64,000 nt of DNA from Patescibacteria group bacterium (GCA_041659765.1 JBAZXR010000001.1:787338-851337), one strand, 5' to 3'; shown: positions 39,300-49,553, counted from the first letter of the stretch. Numbers and translations: made by a program. Notes: generated by a model from the letters alone, not told the origin.

Positions 39300-39652
39300 A
39301 GATTTTCAGCAATCTTGCTCACAAGCTCCTCACTAGTCGAGTACTCAATAAACGTTTTCGACACAGCCCTCAACGAGCCGGCGACTTTGGTTCCGGATTT
39401 CGAAATGCAAATGATTGGCACTTCGAATACGTCTGCCCAGCCGAGTTCGATGCCGACGCCGGTGGCGGGATAGGAAACTTCGGCAATGACGAGGTCGCAG
39501 TCGCCCAGAAGTAATCGCTTAGAATCAAACTCCTCCGCACCATCGTGCGGGAAAACAAAGGTATGCTCTTTGGCTAGCGCGCTCTTTTTCAGCGGTTCGT
39601 ACAGGTCTTGTTGGTAGTCAAAACTCACTGAATGGGCAATGTAGATAACCAT
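39296..39652 (-). CDS. Nucleoside 2-deoxyribosyltransferase-like protein
   Basis: IYIAHS, DLVIAEVS.P.TGVGIELGWA. Confidence 0.8.
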   Translation of the reverse strand: MVIYIAHSVSFDYQQDLYEPLKKSALAKEHTFVFPHDGAEEFDSKRLLLGDCDLVIAEVSYPATGVGIELGWADVFEVPIICISKSGTKVAGSLRAVSKTFIEYSTSEELVSKIAENL

Positions 39653-39670
39653 AGTTCTCCAAAAATAACC

Positions 39671-39910
39671 CTATCGAACAATCTCCCCAGGACACGCATC
39701 AAACTCGCAGTTGGGGCCGTGGCGAGCAACGTAAGAACCATCTGGGCATTGTTTGGCATCTTGCGTACAGAAGACGGGTTCTTCTGGGGGCATCGGTGTT
39801 GGCGACGGAATAGGTGTCGGAGTCGGTCTCGGTGTTGGCGTCGACAACGACATGCAGCCCGCGCCCATGAGAAGCATCGATCCAATGGCGAGCGCGAGAA
39901 TCTTTTTCAT
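39671..39910 (-). CDS. Small lipoprotein with PT linker and four-Cys module
   Basis: LLMGAGC; CTQDAKQCPDGSYV.R.GPNCEF..CP. Confidence 0.75.
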   Translation of the reverse strand: MKKILALAIGSMLLMGAGCMSLSTPTPRPTPTPIPSPTPMPPEEPVFCTQDAKQCPDGSYVARHGPNCEFDACPGEIVR

Positions 39911-39983
39911 ATATGACTATCGTAACACACGCTTGCAAAGACTCCTCAAAAAAGCTACCCTTTTACTGGTTTTTACCACGCCT

Positions 39984-40073
<90 letters not shown>

Positions 40074-40142
40074 CGAAAATGTCTTATCGGATAACCCGCT
40101 CGCCTCAGGGCAGACGGAGCGATCCATAGGATCTTATCGATG

Positions 40143-40170
40143 CAAAACAACCCTTCGCGGGGTTGTTTTG
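40143..40170. terminator. Bidirectional terminator
   Basis: CAAAACAACCC-TTCGCG-GGGTTGTTTTG. Confidence 0.75.
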
Positions 40171-40181
40171 TTATCACAGGT

Positions 40182-40901
40182 CTACTGTACAGGTATTGCG
40201 AGCGACCAACGTTCCTCGAAGTTTTTTCGTGTGATCATTGAAATGTCTTCACTAAGGCTAATGAGCATACTTTCTTTCTCGCCAAGATGGTTCAAACTAT
40301 TTCCTGAAAACCAGAAATGCTTTTTATCGGTGAAGTATCTGTCGTGCAAGTCGCCAGCTGCGTTAGTTCTAACTTCAATGGTGTAGCCCTCCTTTTTTAA
40401 GTCTTGAAGGGCTCTTGCGAATGAACCGCTGGGTTTGTCCGCAATCTTTTGGGTTAGGAGCTTAACAACAACTGCTTTCTTTAATCCTGCAATCACAACA
40501 TCTAAGGTATGGCAGTCCACGTACGGATCACAGACATATACGTTTCCGGATAGCTCAGAGATCATCGCTGCAAGAGACCTTTTGGCTGTGAAGGGTTTAT
40601 TTGGCTCAATAAAAGTAGCCTCGGCCCGGTCATTTTTAGTAGCCTTGAGCTGATTTTTGCCTGCCTCCATCAACCGATAACCCTCGCGATTTTTATGCAC
40701 CGCATGCCTTGCTGTCTTCAAAGCGTATTCAACAGCCTGATACGAAGTATTGATGCCGTGCGAATCTACAAGGTACTTTGCAATACCGACCGCCGTTAAC
40801 CGTCCGCTACCATGGTCTCCAATTTTGTCTAGTACCCAAAGAGCCTTCAAACGAACGGAACTGAGACTGTGCACATCAACCTGCTCGCTAATTCTTGGCA
40901 T
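40182..40901 (-). CDS. wHTH + phospholipase-D-like (HDR) putative nuclease
   Basis: N-terminal HTH/wing (GYRLMEAG); C-terminal VCDPYV, HDRYFTD, SGNSLNHLG. Confidence 0.7.
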   Translation of the reverse strand: MPRISEQVDVHSLSSVRLKALWVLDKIGDHGSGRLTAVGIAKYLVDSHGINTSYQAVEYALKTARHAVHKNREGYRLMEAGKNQLKATKNDRAEATFIEPNKPFTAKRSLAAMISELSGNVYVCDPYVDCHTLDVVIAGLKKAVVVKLLTQKIADKPSGSFARALQDLKKEGYTIEVRTNAAGDLHDRYFTDKKHFWFSGNSLNHLGEKESMLISLSEDISMITRKNFEERWSLAIPVQ

Positions 40902-40905
40902 AACT

Positions 40906-41571
40906 TTACTTATAGACAACATAGAGCCACCGAGACTTCCCCTTCCCATCATTTTTTACCCTCGTCAGTATTTTCCGAGCAATAAAAGAGTCACGAATGG
41001 TTTTATCAATTACTCGAGAGTCACGAAAGACGTTGTTTTTTTCTAACTCGCTTACGACATCAAACATCGGTTTTGGAGTCGAGAAAAAGCCGTCATTAAC
41101 CAGTGTCTGAATATGGGAACCAATACCGGTGAATGCTTTTGATGACCTCGTTTTCTTTTTCATGGTCCGCACACCCCCTTCAGTGTCAGCGCTCTTCTCC
41201 AACTCGGACAGGAATGCGTCAATTTTGTAAGTATAAACAGAATACTCACCGTGACCCTCCTTTTTAACAAATCCTTCACTGGCCAATTTGCTTAGCCCCG
41301 AACCAATGGCCTCCATTCGCTGCCCGAGCACCTTAACAAGTTCACTCGGGCGAACTGTCCCAGGAATTTCCTCCTGAAAACAATGGGCAATGTGCCGGAT
41401 CACCAGACAAAGCCGCAATTGCTGAACTTTTGACAAATTCTTTGCATCAACAACAACCGTACCGTCACTAGTTATTCGGCCGAACTTAATCGCCCTGGTC
41501 GCCTGTTCTTCTGCGGTTTGTTTGTTGAAATCACCTTTGACAATAAACAAATTTTTAATATCGTCAGACAT
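40906..41571 (-). CDS. Tandem winged-helix protein
   Basis: RPSELVKVLG...GLSKLASEGFV...GEY and LVNDGFFSTPK...V..EL...WLY modules. Confidence 0.65.
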   Translation of the reverse strand: MSDDIKNLFIVKGDFNKQTAEEQATRAIKFGRITSDGTVVVDAKNLSKVQQLRLCLVIRHIAHCFQEEIPGTVRPSELVKVLGQRMEAIGSGLSKLASEGFVKKEGHGEYSVYTYKIDAFLSELEKSADTEGGVRTMKKKTRSSKAFTGIGSHIQTLVNDGFFSTPKPMFDVVSELEKNNVFRDSRVIDKTIRDSFIARKILTRVKNDGKGKSRWLYVVYK

Positions 41572-41614
41572 ATCTTATCGGTTAGTTTTATTTCTTAGTT
41601 CGTATAATAGTCCT

Positions 41615-41643
41615 ATTCTACAAGACATATTACGTTACGTCAA
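41615..41643 (-). promoter_or_regulatory. sigma70 promoter of the two-gene cassette
   Basis: Minus strand TTGACG-N17-TAGAAT, with an ACGTAACGT repeat overlapping the -35/spacer. Confidence 0.65.
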
Positions 41644-41821
41644 TAAGGTAATATCGTATGGGATGAATATGAAATGACCGAGCTGGCCCACATGCCCTAA
41701 AATCTCCGCCCGATGAATCTTCAAAAACTCTTTCAAAGACCCTTGTGAATTTGGTGCTAAACCCACAGACACCGCCAACAAAACCCCATTTTGGGGTTTT
41801 GTTGTATCATCCTAACATTAT

Positions 41822-42733
41822 ATGCACACGTTCCTTCTCGCCCTCATCTCCCCCGCGCTCTGGAGCATGAGCAATCACATTGATAAGTACCTGGTCAGTA
41901 AATACTTTAAAGGCGGTGGCACAGGAGCACTCATTATCTTTTCTTCGATCGTTTTTGCCTTTCTTCTCCCCGTCATCTATCTGTTTAACCCGAGCGTAGT
42001 GGACGTGACCATAAGTCAGGCTCTTTTCATGATGCTTGCGGGAATTGTCTGGGTGTTTTCGGTTCTTTTCTACCTCTATGCCATGCAGGAGGGCGAGGCA
42101 ACATATGTTGCGATGCTTTTTCAAACCATTCCCGTCTTCAGTTTTATTCTTGGTACGATTTTTCTCCATGAAATCCTATCTGGGCGACAAATCACCGGTG
42201 CAACAATCGTGCTCCTTGCTGCGATCGGTCTCTCCCTGGAGCTCGGTGGAAGATTGCCGAGGTTAAAATCCAGGATGCTCCTGCTCATGCTGGGATCAAG
42301 TTTCCTCGTCTCACTCGGCTGGCTTATTCTGAAAATGGGTGCCATTGATGCCGGTTTTTGGACCGCCATGTTCTGGACGTATGCGGGCGATACAGTTGTC
42401 GGCGTGTGCTTCATCACACTCATACCGCGATGGAGAAAAGAATTCGTGATGAATATCCGGAGCAACTCGCTGCCGGTTCTGGGACTCAATATGTTTAACG
42501 AAGGCATTACCATCATTGCCGGGCTGAACTTTGCCTATCTCAGCCTCTCCATTCCCCTCGCCATTCTTTCAACATTGAATGGTTTTCAACCATTTTTCCT
42601 CTTCTTGTACGGCATTATCCTGACCGTTTTCTTTCCCCACATCTCCAAAGAAAGCTTGGCAACTCGTCATATCATCCAAAAAATTATTGCCGTCATTATC
42701 ATGATCATTGGAACGTACATTCTCAACACATAA
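41822..42733 (+). CDS. EamA/DMT family transporter
   Basis: About ten TM helices, N..DKYL, duplicated DMT halves. Confidence 0.88.
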   Translation: MHTFLLALISPALWSMSNHIDKYLVSKYFKGGGTGALIIFSSIVFAFLLPVIYLFNPSVVDVTISQALFMMLAGIVWVFSVLFYLYAMQEGEATYVAMLFQTIPVFSFILGTIFLHEILSGRQITGATIVLLAAIGLSLELGGRLPRLKSRMLLLMLGSSFLVSLGWLILKMGAIDAGFWTAMFWTYAGDTVVGVCFITLIPRWRKEFVMNIRSNSLPVLGLNMFNEGITIIAGLNFAYLSLSIPLAILSTLNGFQPFFLFLYGIILTVFFPHISKESLATRHIIQKIIAVIIMIIGTYILNT

Positions 42734-42736
42734 CCT

Positions 42737-43546
42737 ATGAAAATCATCTCCCTCAATACCTTCGGCGGCAATGTTTTCGAGCCTTTAATGCAGTTTGTCG
42801 AGAAACTTGCGGCTGATACGGATGTTTTCTGCTTCCAAGAAATCATGAATGATGCGCACGGCGAGTTTCCGCAGCCAGAGAAGGGAGCGCGGCTTACCCT
42901 TTTGAAGGAACTGGTAAAGCGGCTGCCGGATTTTCAGATGTCGTTTATGGTTGCACAGGAGAAATATGATTTCGACGCGAACGAGAAAGGAAGTTCGGAT
43001 GAAGGCCTGGCAATCTTTGTAAGAAATGGGATTAGCATCGTGGGCAGAGGAAACTTTTTCATCATGAACGGCCTCAACACGTTTGTGCCTCATGACTATT
43101 CCACACTCGGCTCCCCCGCGATGTTTGTCCAGATCCCCTTTGGCGATACGATGCTAACCATTTGCAACGTCCACGGCAACTCTGAACCAGCCAACAAGCT
43201 CGACTCCCCCGCTCGCCTTCTGCAGTCGAAAAAGATTATCGACACGCTCGCGCATTTTAAGGGCGAAAAAATGGTGATGGGCGACTTCAATCTGTTTCCG
43301 GATACTGAAAGTATAAAAATGTTTGAACCCGCCGGTTACAAAAACCTCATCAAGGAATACGAAATCGCCACCACTCGCGGTTCACACATGCGCAAACTAC
43401 ATCCTCAGTTTGAGCACGGTAAATATGGTTTTCAAGACTTCGCTGACTACACCTTTGTGACCCCAGGAATCAACGTAAAGTCTTTTGAAGTTCCCGATGA
43501 ACCAATCTCCGACCACTTGCCGATGATTATAAAGATCGAGGGCTAG
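42737..43546 (+). CDS. Endonuclease/exonuclease/phosphatase family protein
   Basis: ISLN, DVFCFQE, MGDFN, DY.F, SDHLP. Confidence 0.92.
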   Translation: MKIISLNTFGGNVFEPLMQFVEKLAADTDVFCFQEIMNDAHGEFPQPEKGARLTLLKELVKRLPDFQMSFMVAQEKYDFDANEKGSSDEGLAIFVRNGISIVGRGNFFIMNGLNTFVPHDYSTLGSPAMFVQIPFGDTMLTICNVHGNSEPANKLDSPARLLQSKKIIDTLAHFKGEKMVMGDFNLFPDTESIKMFEPAGYKNLIKEYEIATTRGSHMRKLHPQFEHGKYGFQDFADYTFVTPGINVKSFEVPDEPISDHLPMIIKIEG

Positions 43547-43649
43547 CGGAGAAAAACTTGCCGACTAATTAAAACTCCGCTAACATGCGCCCTTGTCTAG
43601 GAAACCCCCTGGATAAGACCCGCCTCAAATGCCGCGTTTTGGAGAGTTC

Positions 43650-44066
43650 ATGCGCCTTATTGCCGCCGCGTTCACTGGTCCTTGTCCGCTGTTTGACCTC
43701 TTTCCTGGTCAGAAGCGCCAGGACCCCGTCATGGACAACGCCCTGTGGTTCAATCACCGCGGGATGTTCCTCCAGAAGGGCGCGCTCGACGCCGCGGACA
43801 TCCGCCGCATCCAGGAGAACCTCGCCCTCGGCGAAGCGTTCGTCATCATGCGCCCCCACAAGTCCTTGGACGCCGCCGCCCAGGACCTCGAGTACGTGGC
43901 CAGTCATGCTGCGTACATCCTCACGCATGACCGCCTGATCCACGTGGACCCCGACGCCACGGCCGAGGACGAGAACTTCTTCCGGCGCAATGGCCTCGTC
44001 TTCGAGGTGATCTGTCTGACGGAAGCATTCGTGCTCCTCGATGAGATCGAGGTCGTTCCGGTCTAA
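43650..44066 (+). CDS. Hypothetical protein (GC-rich, SD-led)
   Basis: GGAG SD before MRLIAAA; terminator at about 44092-44122. Confidence 0.65.
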   Translation: MRLIAAAFTGPCPLFDLFPGQKRQDPVMDNALWFNHRGMFLQKGALDAADIRRIQENLALGEAFVIMRPHKSLDAAAQDLEYVASHAAYILTHDRLIHVDPDATAEDENFFRRNGLVFEVICLTEAFVLLDEIEVVPV

Positions 44067-44124
44067 CGAGCGATTCGCGCGCGTTCAAACGCAAAACCCC
44101 CTACCGCAAGGCAGGGGGTTTATC

Positions 44125-45189
44125 TTATTCATTCATTCTTTTCTTGAACTCGAACACGGTGGCGGTGTCTGTGGTTACGACACTGTTCAGAAGCGCGAGG
44201 TACAAACCAACGTAGCTGCCAAACTGGAGGACTTCGCCTACTTCGTCGAGTCTGGATTCACCTTTCGCGCCATATTCGATCACCGTAATGCCTTTTTTCT
44301 CCAAAATGTCGGCCGTGATGTCACATCTCTTTTGCGTCCTTGCATGATAATGGTTCGAACGTAGAAGAATGACCGTTGTATTTTGTGCTTGACCGACGGG
44401 ATATGAGAGCCCTTCCAAGAAATGATGGTTCAACTCGGGTAGTAATTGATATGTTGCAAACTGTTTAGCTGACTCATTCATTTGATTCTGCAGTATGTGA
44501 GCGTTGCCGGAAAGATGTTCTGCGGCAATGATGACAATCGAACGGTTTACAATTTCTTTAGCCACTTCTTTGGCCGGATTCTCAGTTGCCGGTACATCAG
44601 TTGCGCAGTTATCGATCACCTCGCCCATGGCCGACATCATGGAGGTCACTTCGGACTCTTTGATTTTCAAGATGCTCATTCTTTCAAGCATGCCCACGAT
44701 CCCGACGAGTGAAAACCCGGTGCCGTAACGCGGCTGTTTAGCCAAATCGCCTGGTTCAAAAATATAAGCTGGCCAGTTTTCTGCCTTGGCTAGCTCGGCA
44801 AGGGCACCGCCCGTGCAAATAACCGCCACTTTTGCTCTAAGTGCCTTAGCCTGTTCAGCGACAGCCAGCGTTTCTTCTGTCGTTCCTGAATAGCTCGACA
44901 AAATTACGAGCGTGTCTTTGTTTACAAAATTTGGCAGGGTGTAATCACTGAGCAGTTCGAATGGCACTGACAAACGGTCTGCTAAAACACACTTCAACAT
45001 GTGCGGACCAAGAATCGAGCCGCCCATCCCGGAAATCACGATGTTAGAGATTTCGCTGTAATTTTTAGGAAAAGTCAGTTCGCGCGTGTCATGCCAAGCC
45101 AACCGTGCCTGCTCTGGCAAGTGCTCAATTCCGTACCCAATATCCTCGGGGTCAAATTTTTTATAAACCTCGTCTTGATCAAGCAACAT
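44125..45189 (-). CDS. Bifunctional phosphoglucose/phosphomannose isomerase (SIS)
   Basis: GMGGS, SYSGTTEETL, QPR, NESAK, PELNHH. Confidence 0.9.
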   Translation of the reverse strand: MLLDQDEVYKKFDPEDIGYGIEHLPEQARLAWHDTRELTFPKNYSEISNIVISGMGGSILGPHMLKCVLADRLSVPFELLSDYTLPNFVNKDTLVILSSYSGTTEETLAVAEQAKALRAKVAVICTGGALAELAKAENWPAYIFEPGDLAKQPRYGTGFSLVGIVGMLERMSILKIKESEVTSMMSAMGEVIDNCATDVPATENPAKEVAKEIVNRSIVIIAAEHLSGNAHILQNQMNESAKQFATYQLLPELNHHFLEGLSYPVGQAQNTTVILLRSNHYHARTQKRCDITADILEKKGITVIEYGAKGESRLDEVGEVLQFGSYVGLYLALLNSVVTTDTATVFEFKKRMNE

Positions 45190-46342
45190 AGGCTGAACCA
45201 ATATTTTTTGTGAGCGCTGCTCGGTTAGAAACGTCACCGATCAAAATCGCTCCAACTAGCTTGCCGGCACGAATAAAGTGTTCCTCGTGCGGATTTAATT
45301 GTTTAATCTCATCAGCTAATTCACGGCTCGTATCGCCAATGAAAACAATCTGTAAGCCTAGGAAATTAGTGGAGTATGACGAGGTCAGCGCGAATTTAGT
45401 TCGCTCGCCAGCCATAGTCTTTCCTACTGCTCTACCTTGCATGAGCGCGTTCATCCAGTTGCCGTAGCGGATGCGCCGGCCGACCGTGGTGTCATCAAAT
45501 TCAGCCGCATCACCTGCAGTATACACATGGGCAATGCCGGTTTCGAGATACTCATTAGCCAAGATGCCACTCTTCGTGGGGATGCCAGCTTCCATAACCG
45601 TCTTCTCCGTGGCTCTAGCGCCGATTCCTACGCCTAGCAAACCGCACGGAATAGTTTGGCCATTTTTCAACTTCACGCCCATCAGTTCCTCGTCTCCTAA
45701 GAGCTCCGGCATGGGTTCGTCAAAATAAAGCGGGATATTGTGCTTCTTAGCCTGGTCAGCGAGCACTTGCTGGCTTTCGACTGAAAGTAACTTGGACCAA
45801 AAGCCGTGGCCGCGCATGGCAATCCCAAAAGGAATTTCAAAATGAGCAAAAATGCCCGCGTACTCCAAGGCGATAAATCCCCCGCCGTAAATAAATGCCC
45901 GGCGCTCCTCAACTGGCCGAGTTTTTAACTCGCTAATGAGGGCGATTAGATTATCAGCATCATCGACCGTTGATAAATACGACACGCCGCGCCGGTCATC
46001 GGGCAAGAGATCTATATCCGTACCGGTTGTTACCAACAAATCATCAAACGGCAACTCTCGCCCTTCGCTCGTGCGTACGAACTTATTTTTCAAATCAATC
46101 TCCTCAGCTCTAACCCCCAGCATCACTTCTATTTGGTGATCGTAATACCACTGCGGTTGTTTTAGAAATACTTTCTCGCGTCCAACCTTGCCTTTCACAT
46201 AATGCGGCAACAGGACGCGTGAGTAACATGGGTGCACTTCCGCGGACAAAATAATAATCGAACATTCTTTGTCGCGTGCTCTAAGCTCCTCGGCTGCAGT
46301 GGTGCCGGCAATTCCTCCGCCGATTATGAGTACGTTGCGCAT
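45179..46342 (-). CDS. NAD(P)/FAD-dependent oxidoreductase (ferredoxin/rubredoxin reductase-like)
   Basis: IIGGGIAG, GGGFIALE, T....VYTAGD. Confidence 0.9.
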   Translation of the reverse strand: MRNVLIIGGGIAGTTAAEELRARDKECSIIILSAEVHPCYSRVLLPHYVKGKVGREKVFLKQPQWYYDHQIEVMLGVRAEEIDLKNKFVRTSEGRELPFDDLLVTTGTDIDLLPDDRRGVSYLSTVDDADNLIALISELKTRPVEERRAFIYGGGFIALEYAGIFAHFEIPFGIAMRGHGFWSKLLSVESQQVLADQAKKHNIPLYFDEPMPELLGDEELMGVKLKNGQTIPCGLLGVGIGARATEKTVMEAGIPTKSGILANEYLETGIAHVYTAGDAAEFDDTTVGRRIRYGNWMNALMQGRAVGKTMAGERTKFALTSSYSTNFLGLQIVFIGDTSRELADEIKQLNPHEEHFIRAGKLVGAILIGDVSNRAALTKNIGSAYVA

Positions 46343-46343
46343 G

Positions 46344-46610
46344 TTAAACGTTCGGGTAAAGCTGAGCTCCGCTCTCGTCAAAGATAGAAATTGCGAGCGT
46401 TGGGCAAGACTGAGCAGAAACAATCAGATTTTCTTTCTCGGCCTCGGTCATTTCTACCGTTCGCTCGTAAGTAGGCCCGTCCGGAGACCGGCCCTGGTCT
46501 AGCACTTCGGCTTTATTTTCAGTATTTATTACAAACGAGTCCGGCGCCACCGTGACGCAGCTGGCCGCACCAATACACAAGTCTGGATCAACAACGATAC
46601 GAAGTTTCAT
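46344..46610 (-). CDS. Ferredoxin (single cluster)
   Basis: CIGAASC..AP..F ... CPTLAI. Confidence 0.88.
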   Translation of the reverse strand: MKLRIVVDPDLCIGAASCVTVAPDSFVINTENKAEVLDQGRSPDGPTYERTVEMTEAEKENLIVSAQSCPTLAISIFDESGAQLYPNV

Positions 46611-46727
46611 ACGGGGGAAAGAATACAAGACTGCTATACTTTGAGCAATATATGCGCACACTCCTCACCCTGCTTCTTATTCATCTTTTATAGAAAGGGG
46701 GCATCAGACCCTGACGCCAGGAAGGGT

Positions 46728-47360
46728 CTAGAGATGGCTGCTATTAGCTTTCTCGACAATGAATTCTAGAACATCCGCTCGCTCGTACTCAGATGCTATT
46801 CTTGGAGAAAAATCGACTATCTCAAACCCAGCTTCGACAAGCAATGATCGGAACTCTTCTTCAGTAAAATATGTGTAGTATTTTTCGGCGCCCTCAAAAC
46901 GTTCATCTTTCACAAGTCCTTCTTCTGTACCAAGATAGATTGACCCGTAGAGCTTTCCCTTCTCAGCTAGCGCACCATTAAGTTTCTCTAATAAAGCAGA
47001 GATATCCTGCTTTGGGATATGGACAAACAGTCCTGACGCCCACATTCCATCGTATTTCTGCTCCTCCAAAGGAACGGATCGAATGTCACCAGTGAAAAAT
47101 TTACCCTCCGGAACAAGCTTCTGAGCTTTCTCGACCATAGCTTCCGAACCATCGATGCCCTCCACTCTCATTCCAGCGTCCGCAAAAGAACGGGAATCTC
47201 TTCCGTATGCGCAACCGATATCCAGGATCTGACCATGCTCCGGCACCAAGGAAGTGAAGCGATCAACCCAAGCATGTTTCTGGAGGTCTTTCGTCTTTGC
47301 CTCGAATGCCTCTGCCTGTTTGTTGTAAAAATCCGTCGTCTTTCTAAAGGCTTCATCCAT
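46728..47360 (-). CDS. Class I SAM-dependent methyltransferase
   Basis: ILDIGCAYGRD, YDGMWA. Confidence 0.88.
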   Translation of the reverse strand: MDEAFRKTTDFYNKQAEAFEAKTKDLQKHAWVDRFTSLVPEHGQILDIGCAYGRDSRSFADAGMRVEGIDGSEAMVEKAQKLVPEGKFFTGDIRSVPLEEQKYDGMWASGLFVHIPKQDISALLEKLNGALAEKGKLYGSIYLGTEEGLVKDERFEGAEKYYTYFTEEEFRSLLVEAGFEIVDFSPRIASEYERADVLEFIVEKANSSHL

Positions 47361-47399
47361 ATTGACGGCATCCTACCACATGACGACATTAGCGATCCA

Positions 47400-48545
47400 C
47401 TAATGCAACTGAGTAGCTTTAAGGATTTCCTGCGCCAAATGAAGAACATCTTTTCTCTTTGTTCCGTGCCCAAAAGATACTCGAATACTCGCCTTCACCT
47501 CGTCTTCTGAGAATCCCATCGCTCGAAGGACATGACTTCTTGCTCCAGGGTTGGTGCAAGCACTCGCCGAGGAGATGAAAATACCCTTTGCATCGAGTCT
47601 GAGAACAATTTCTTCAGAATCTTTTCCTGGAATTTGGATATTTACAATGTGCGGAGCCGTAAGTTTCTTGTCGCCATTAATAACGACCCCAGGAATTGCT
47701 CGGGTGACTTCACGAATGAAGGCCTTGCGAATGCGGGCGAGCTTTTTTGACTCTTTCTCGCGTTCGGCTAAGGCGAGTGATGCGGCGACACCAAAGCCGA
47801 CAATGCCGGGAACGTTTTCCGTGCCGGCGCGAAGGCCATGTTCCTGGTTACCACCAAAAAGTAGCGCCTCGATGCGCGCATTCGGTCCGATAACAAGCGC
47901 GCCAACGCCCTTTGGCCCGCCAATTTTTGCTGCGCTGAAGCTGACGAGATCAAGATGGTCGCGCTCAACGGAAAGATCAAGATAGCCAACAGCCTGTGCA
48001 GCGTCAACGTGAAAAAGCGGCGTCTTTGGGGGCGGCAATCCGTCTTTTGGCTTTTTTAGTCGAAGAATTTCTCGGCCGATTTCGTTGATGGGATTGATGG
48101 TGCCGACTTCGTTGTTCACGGCCATGATGGAGACGACAACTGTATCCGGTCTGATCGCAGCGACAACATCCTCGACCTTCACCAGCCCGGCGTAGTCAAC
48201 AGGAACGAGAGAGACCTCGAAACCTTCGTTCTTAAGCGCCTCGAGCGTAGCTTTGTGTTCTACGGCAGAAGCAACAACATGCCGGCCAGTCCCTCGGTGA
48301 GCCTTCAAGGCACCGAAGAGTGCGAGGTTGATCGACTCGGTCGCACCAGAGGTGAACACGACGCCATCGGCACGTGCACCGACGAGTGCCGCGACATGCC
48401 CGCGAGCCTCCTCAATCGCTTTCTTCACCTCTACTCCCATTTTGTGGATGCTCGATGGGTTGCCGAAAGACTTCGAAAAATACGGCAACATAGCCCTTAA
48501 GGCTTCCTTGCGAACAGGCGTGGCGGCGGCGTGGTCTAAATACAT
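47400..48545 (-). CDS. iscS: Cysteine desulfurase (IscS/NifS family)
   Basis: YLDHAAATP, FTSGATE, NNEVG, HVDAAQ, KIGGPKG, RAGTEN, SASAC. Confidence 0.92.
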   Translation of the reverse strand: MYLDHAAATPVRKEALRAMLPYFSKSFGNPSSIHKMGVEVKKAIEEARGHVAALVGARADGVVFTSGATESINLALFGALKAHRGTGRHVVASAVEHKATLEALKNEGFEVSLVPVDYAGLVKVEDVVAAIRPDTVVVSIMAVNNEVGTINPINEIGREILRLKKPKDGLPPPKTPLFHVDAAQAVGYLDLSVERDHLDLVSFSAAKIGGPKGVGALVIGPNARIEALLFGGNQEHGLRAGTENVPGIVGFGVAASLALAEREKESKKLARIRKAFIREVTRAIPGVVINGDKKLTAPHIVNIQIPGKDSEEIVLRLDAKGIFISSASACTNPGARSHVLRAMGFSEDEVKASIRVSFGHGTKRKDVLHLAQEILKATQLH

Positions 48546-48556
48546 AATGCCCCACC

Positions 48557-49552
48557 CTACTCCACGCACCCTCCAAACGTAAAGGCGAACATTCTCAGGT
48601 TCCCGCTCGCCGTTTTCAACTTTAGCGTTCCTTTATGATACATCTTCGCGTTCACGACGCGGTACATCCGCGCGTCCTTAACAACGAGCTCGGCAGTACC
48701 GTCCTTCGCGATGTGAACATCCGGACCGGCGAAGTCTTTGGGGATAGGCTTGCCATCAAGTTCGACGATAACCGTGGCCGTCTTCCCGTTTGTCGTGCTC
48801 ATGACAAGATTAACCGAAAAAGCATTATACTTAAGCGCTAGATATTCGTTCGGCGTCGGTAATGTCTTGGTATGTTCAACAAATTCGGAACCAATTTTCC
48901 AATGTCCGTGCAAATACGGAACATCGTCCTTCATTTCACCGATGGCCGTAAACGCCTCCTCCATGTCCGGCAAGTTCTCGCTCATGTTGCCAATGTGCCC
49001 GCGTAAATAACCGAGATAGGTTTCAGGAGTCGTTCGATAACAGACACTGCCGCCAACCGAATCATCGGGTCCGATCGCTGGCAAGTCTTTCGCGCCAGAT
49101 TCCAGCAACGCCTTCTGAATTTCATGCTCAGTCTGCGCATAGGAACCCTCGCCTGCGTGGTCGTAGACAATATTCCCCAGCTTATTGATGAGATATTTAT
49201 GCGGCCAGTAGCGATTTGCGAATAAGCTCCACACTTTATTATCAGGATCAAGAACCACGGAATACTCAATTCCTGCCTCGGCAATTGCAGCCTTCACATT
49301 CTCCTCAACCTTTTCAAATGCGAACTCCGGCGTGTGCACACCAATCACGACCAAACCCTTGTCCCGGTATGTTTTGTCCCACCGCGTCACATGCGGGAGC
49401 GTCCGTTGGCAATTAATACAGGAATACGTCCAAAAATCGATGAGTACTACTTTCCCGCGCAAATCCGCCATCTTCAAAGGCTTCCCGTTCAGCCACGTAA
49501 GGCCGAGAGGAAATTCTGGCGCCCGAGTTTTTGCGAATCGCTTCAAAAACAT
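48557..49552 (-). CDS. Redoxin-domain protein (DipZ-like thioredoxin plus C-terminal domain)
   Basis: LIDFWTYSCINC.R, GVHTPEFAFEK, NRYWP, TPETYLG, FTFG. Confidence 0.9.
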   Translation of the reverse strand: MFLKRFAKTRAPEFPLGLTWLNGKPLKMADLRGKVVLIDFWTYSCINCQRTLPHVTRWDKTYRDKGLVVIGVHTPEFAFEKVEENVKAAIAEAGIEYSVVLDPDNKVWSLFANRYWPHKYLINKLGNIVYDHAGEGSYAQTEHEIQKALLESGAKDLPAIGPDDSVGGSVCYRTTPETYLGYLRGHIGNMSENLPDMEEAFTAIGEMKDDVPYLHGHWKIGSEFVEHTKTLPTPNEYLALKYNAFSVNLVMSTTNGKTATVIVELDGKPIPKDFAGPDVHIAKDGTAELVVKDARMYRVVNAKMYHKGTLKLKTASGNLRMFAFTFGGCVE

Positions 49553-49553
49553 A

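Noticed and set aside
41700-41805. attR-like duplication of the tRNA-Ser 3' end bounding the two-gene cassette
   Set aside because: Only short matches (TCTCCGCC; CCGCCA before a terminator), too short to support an att site, and no integrase
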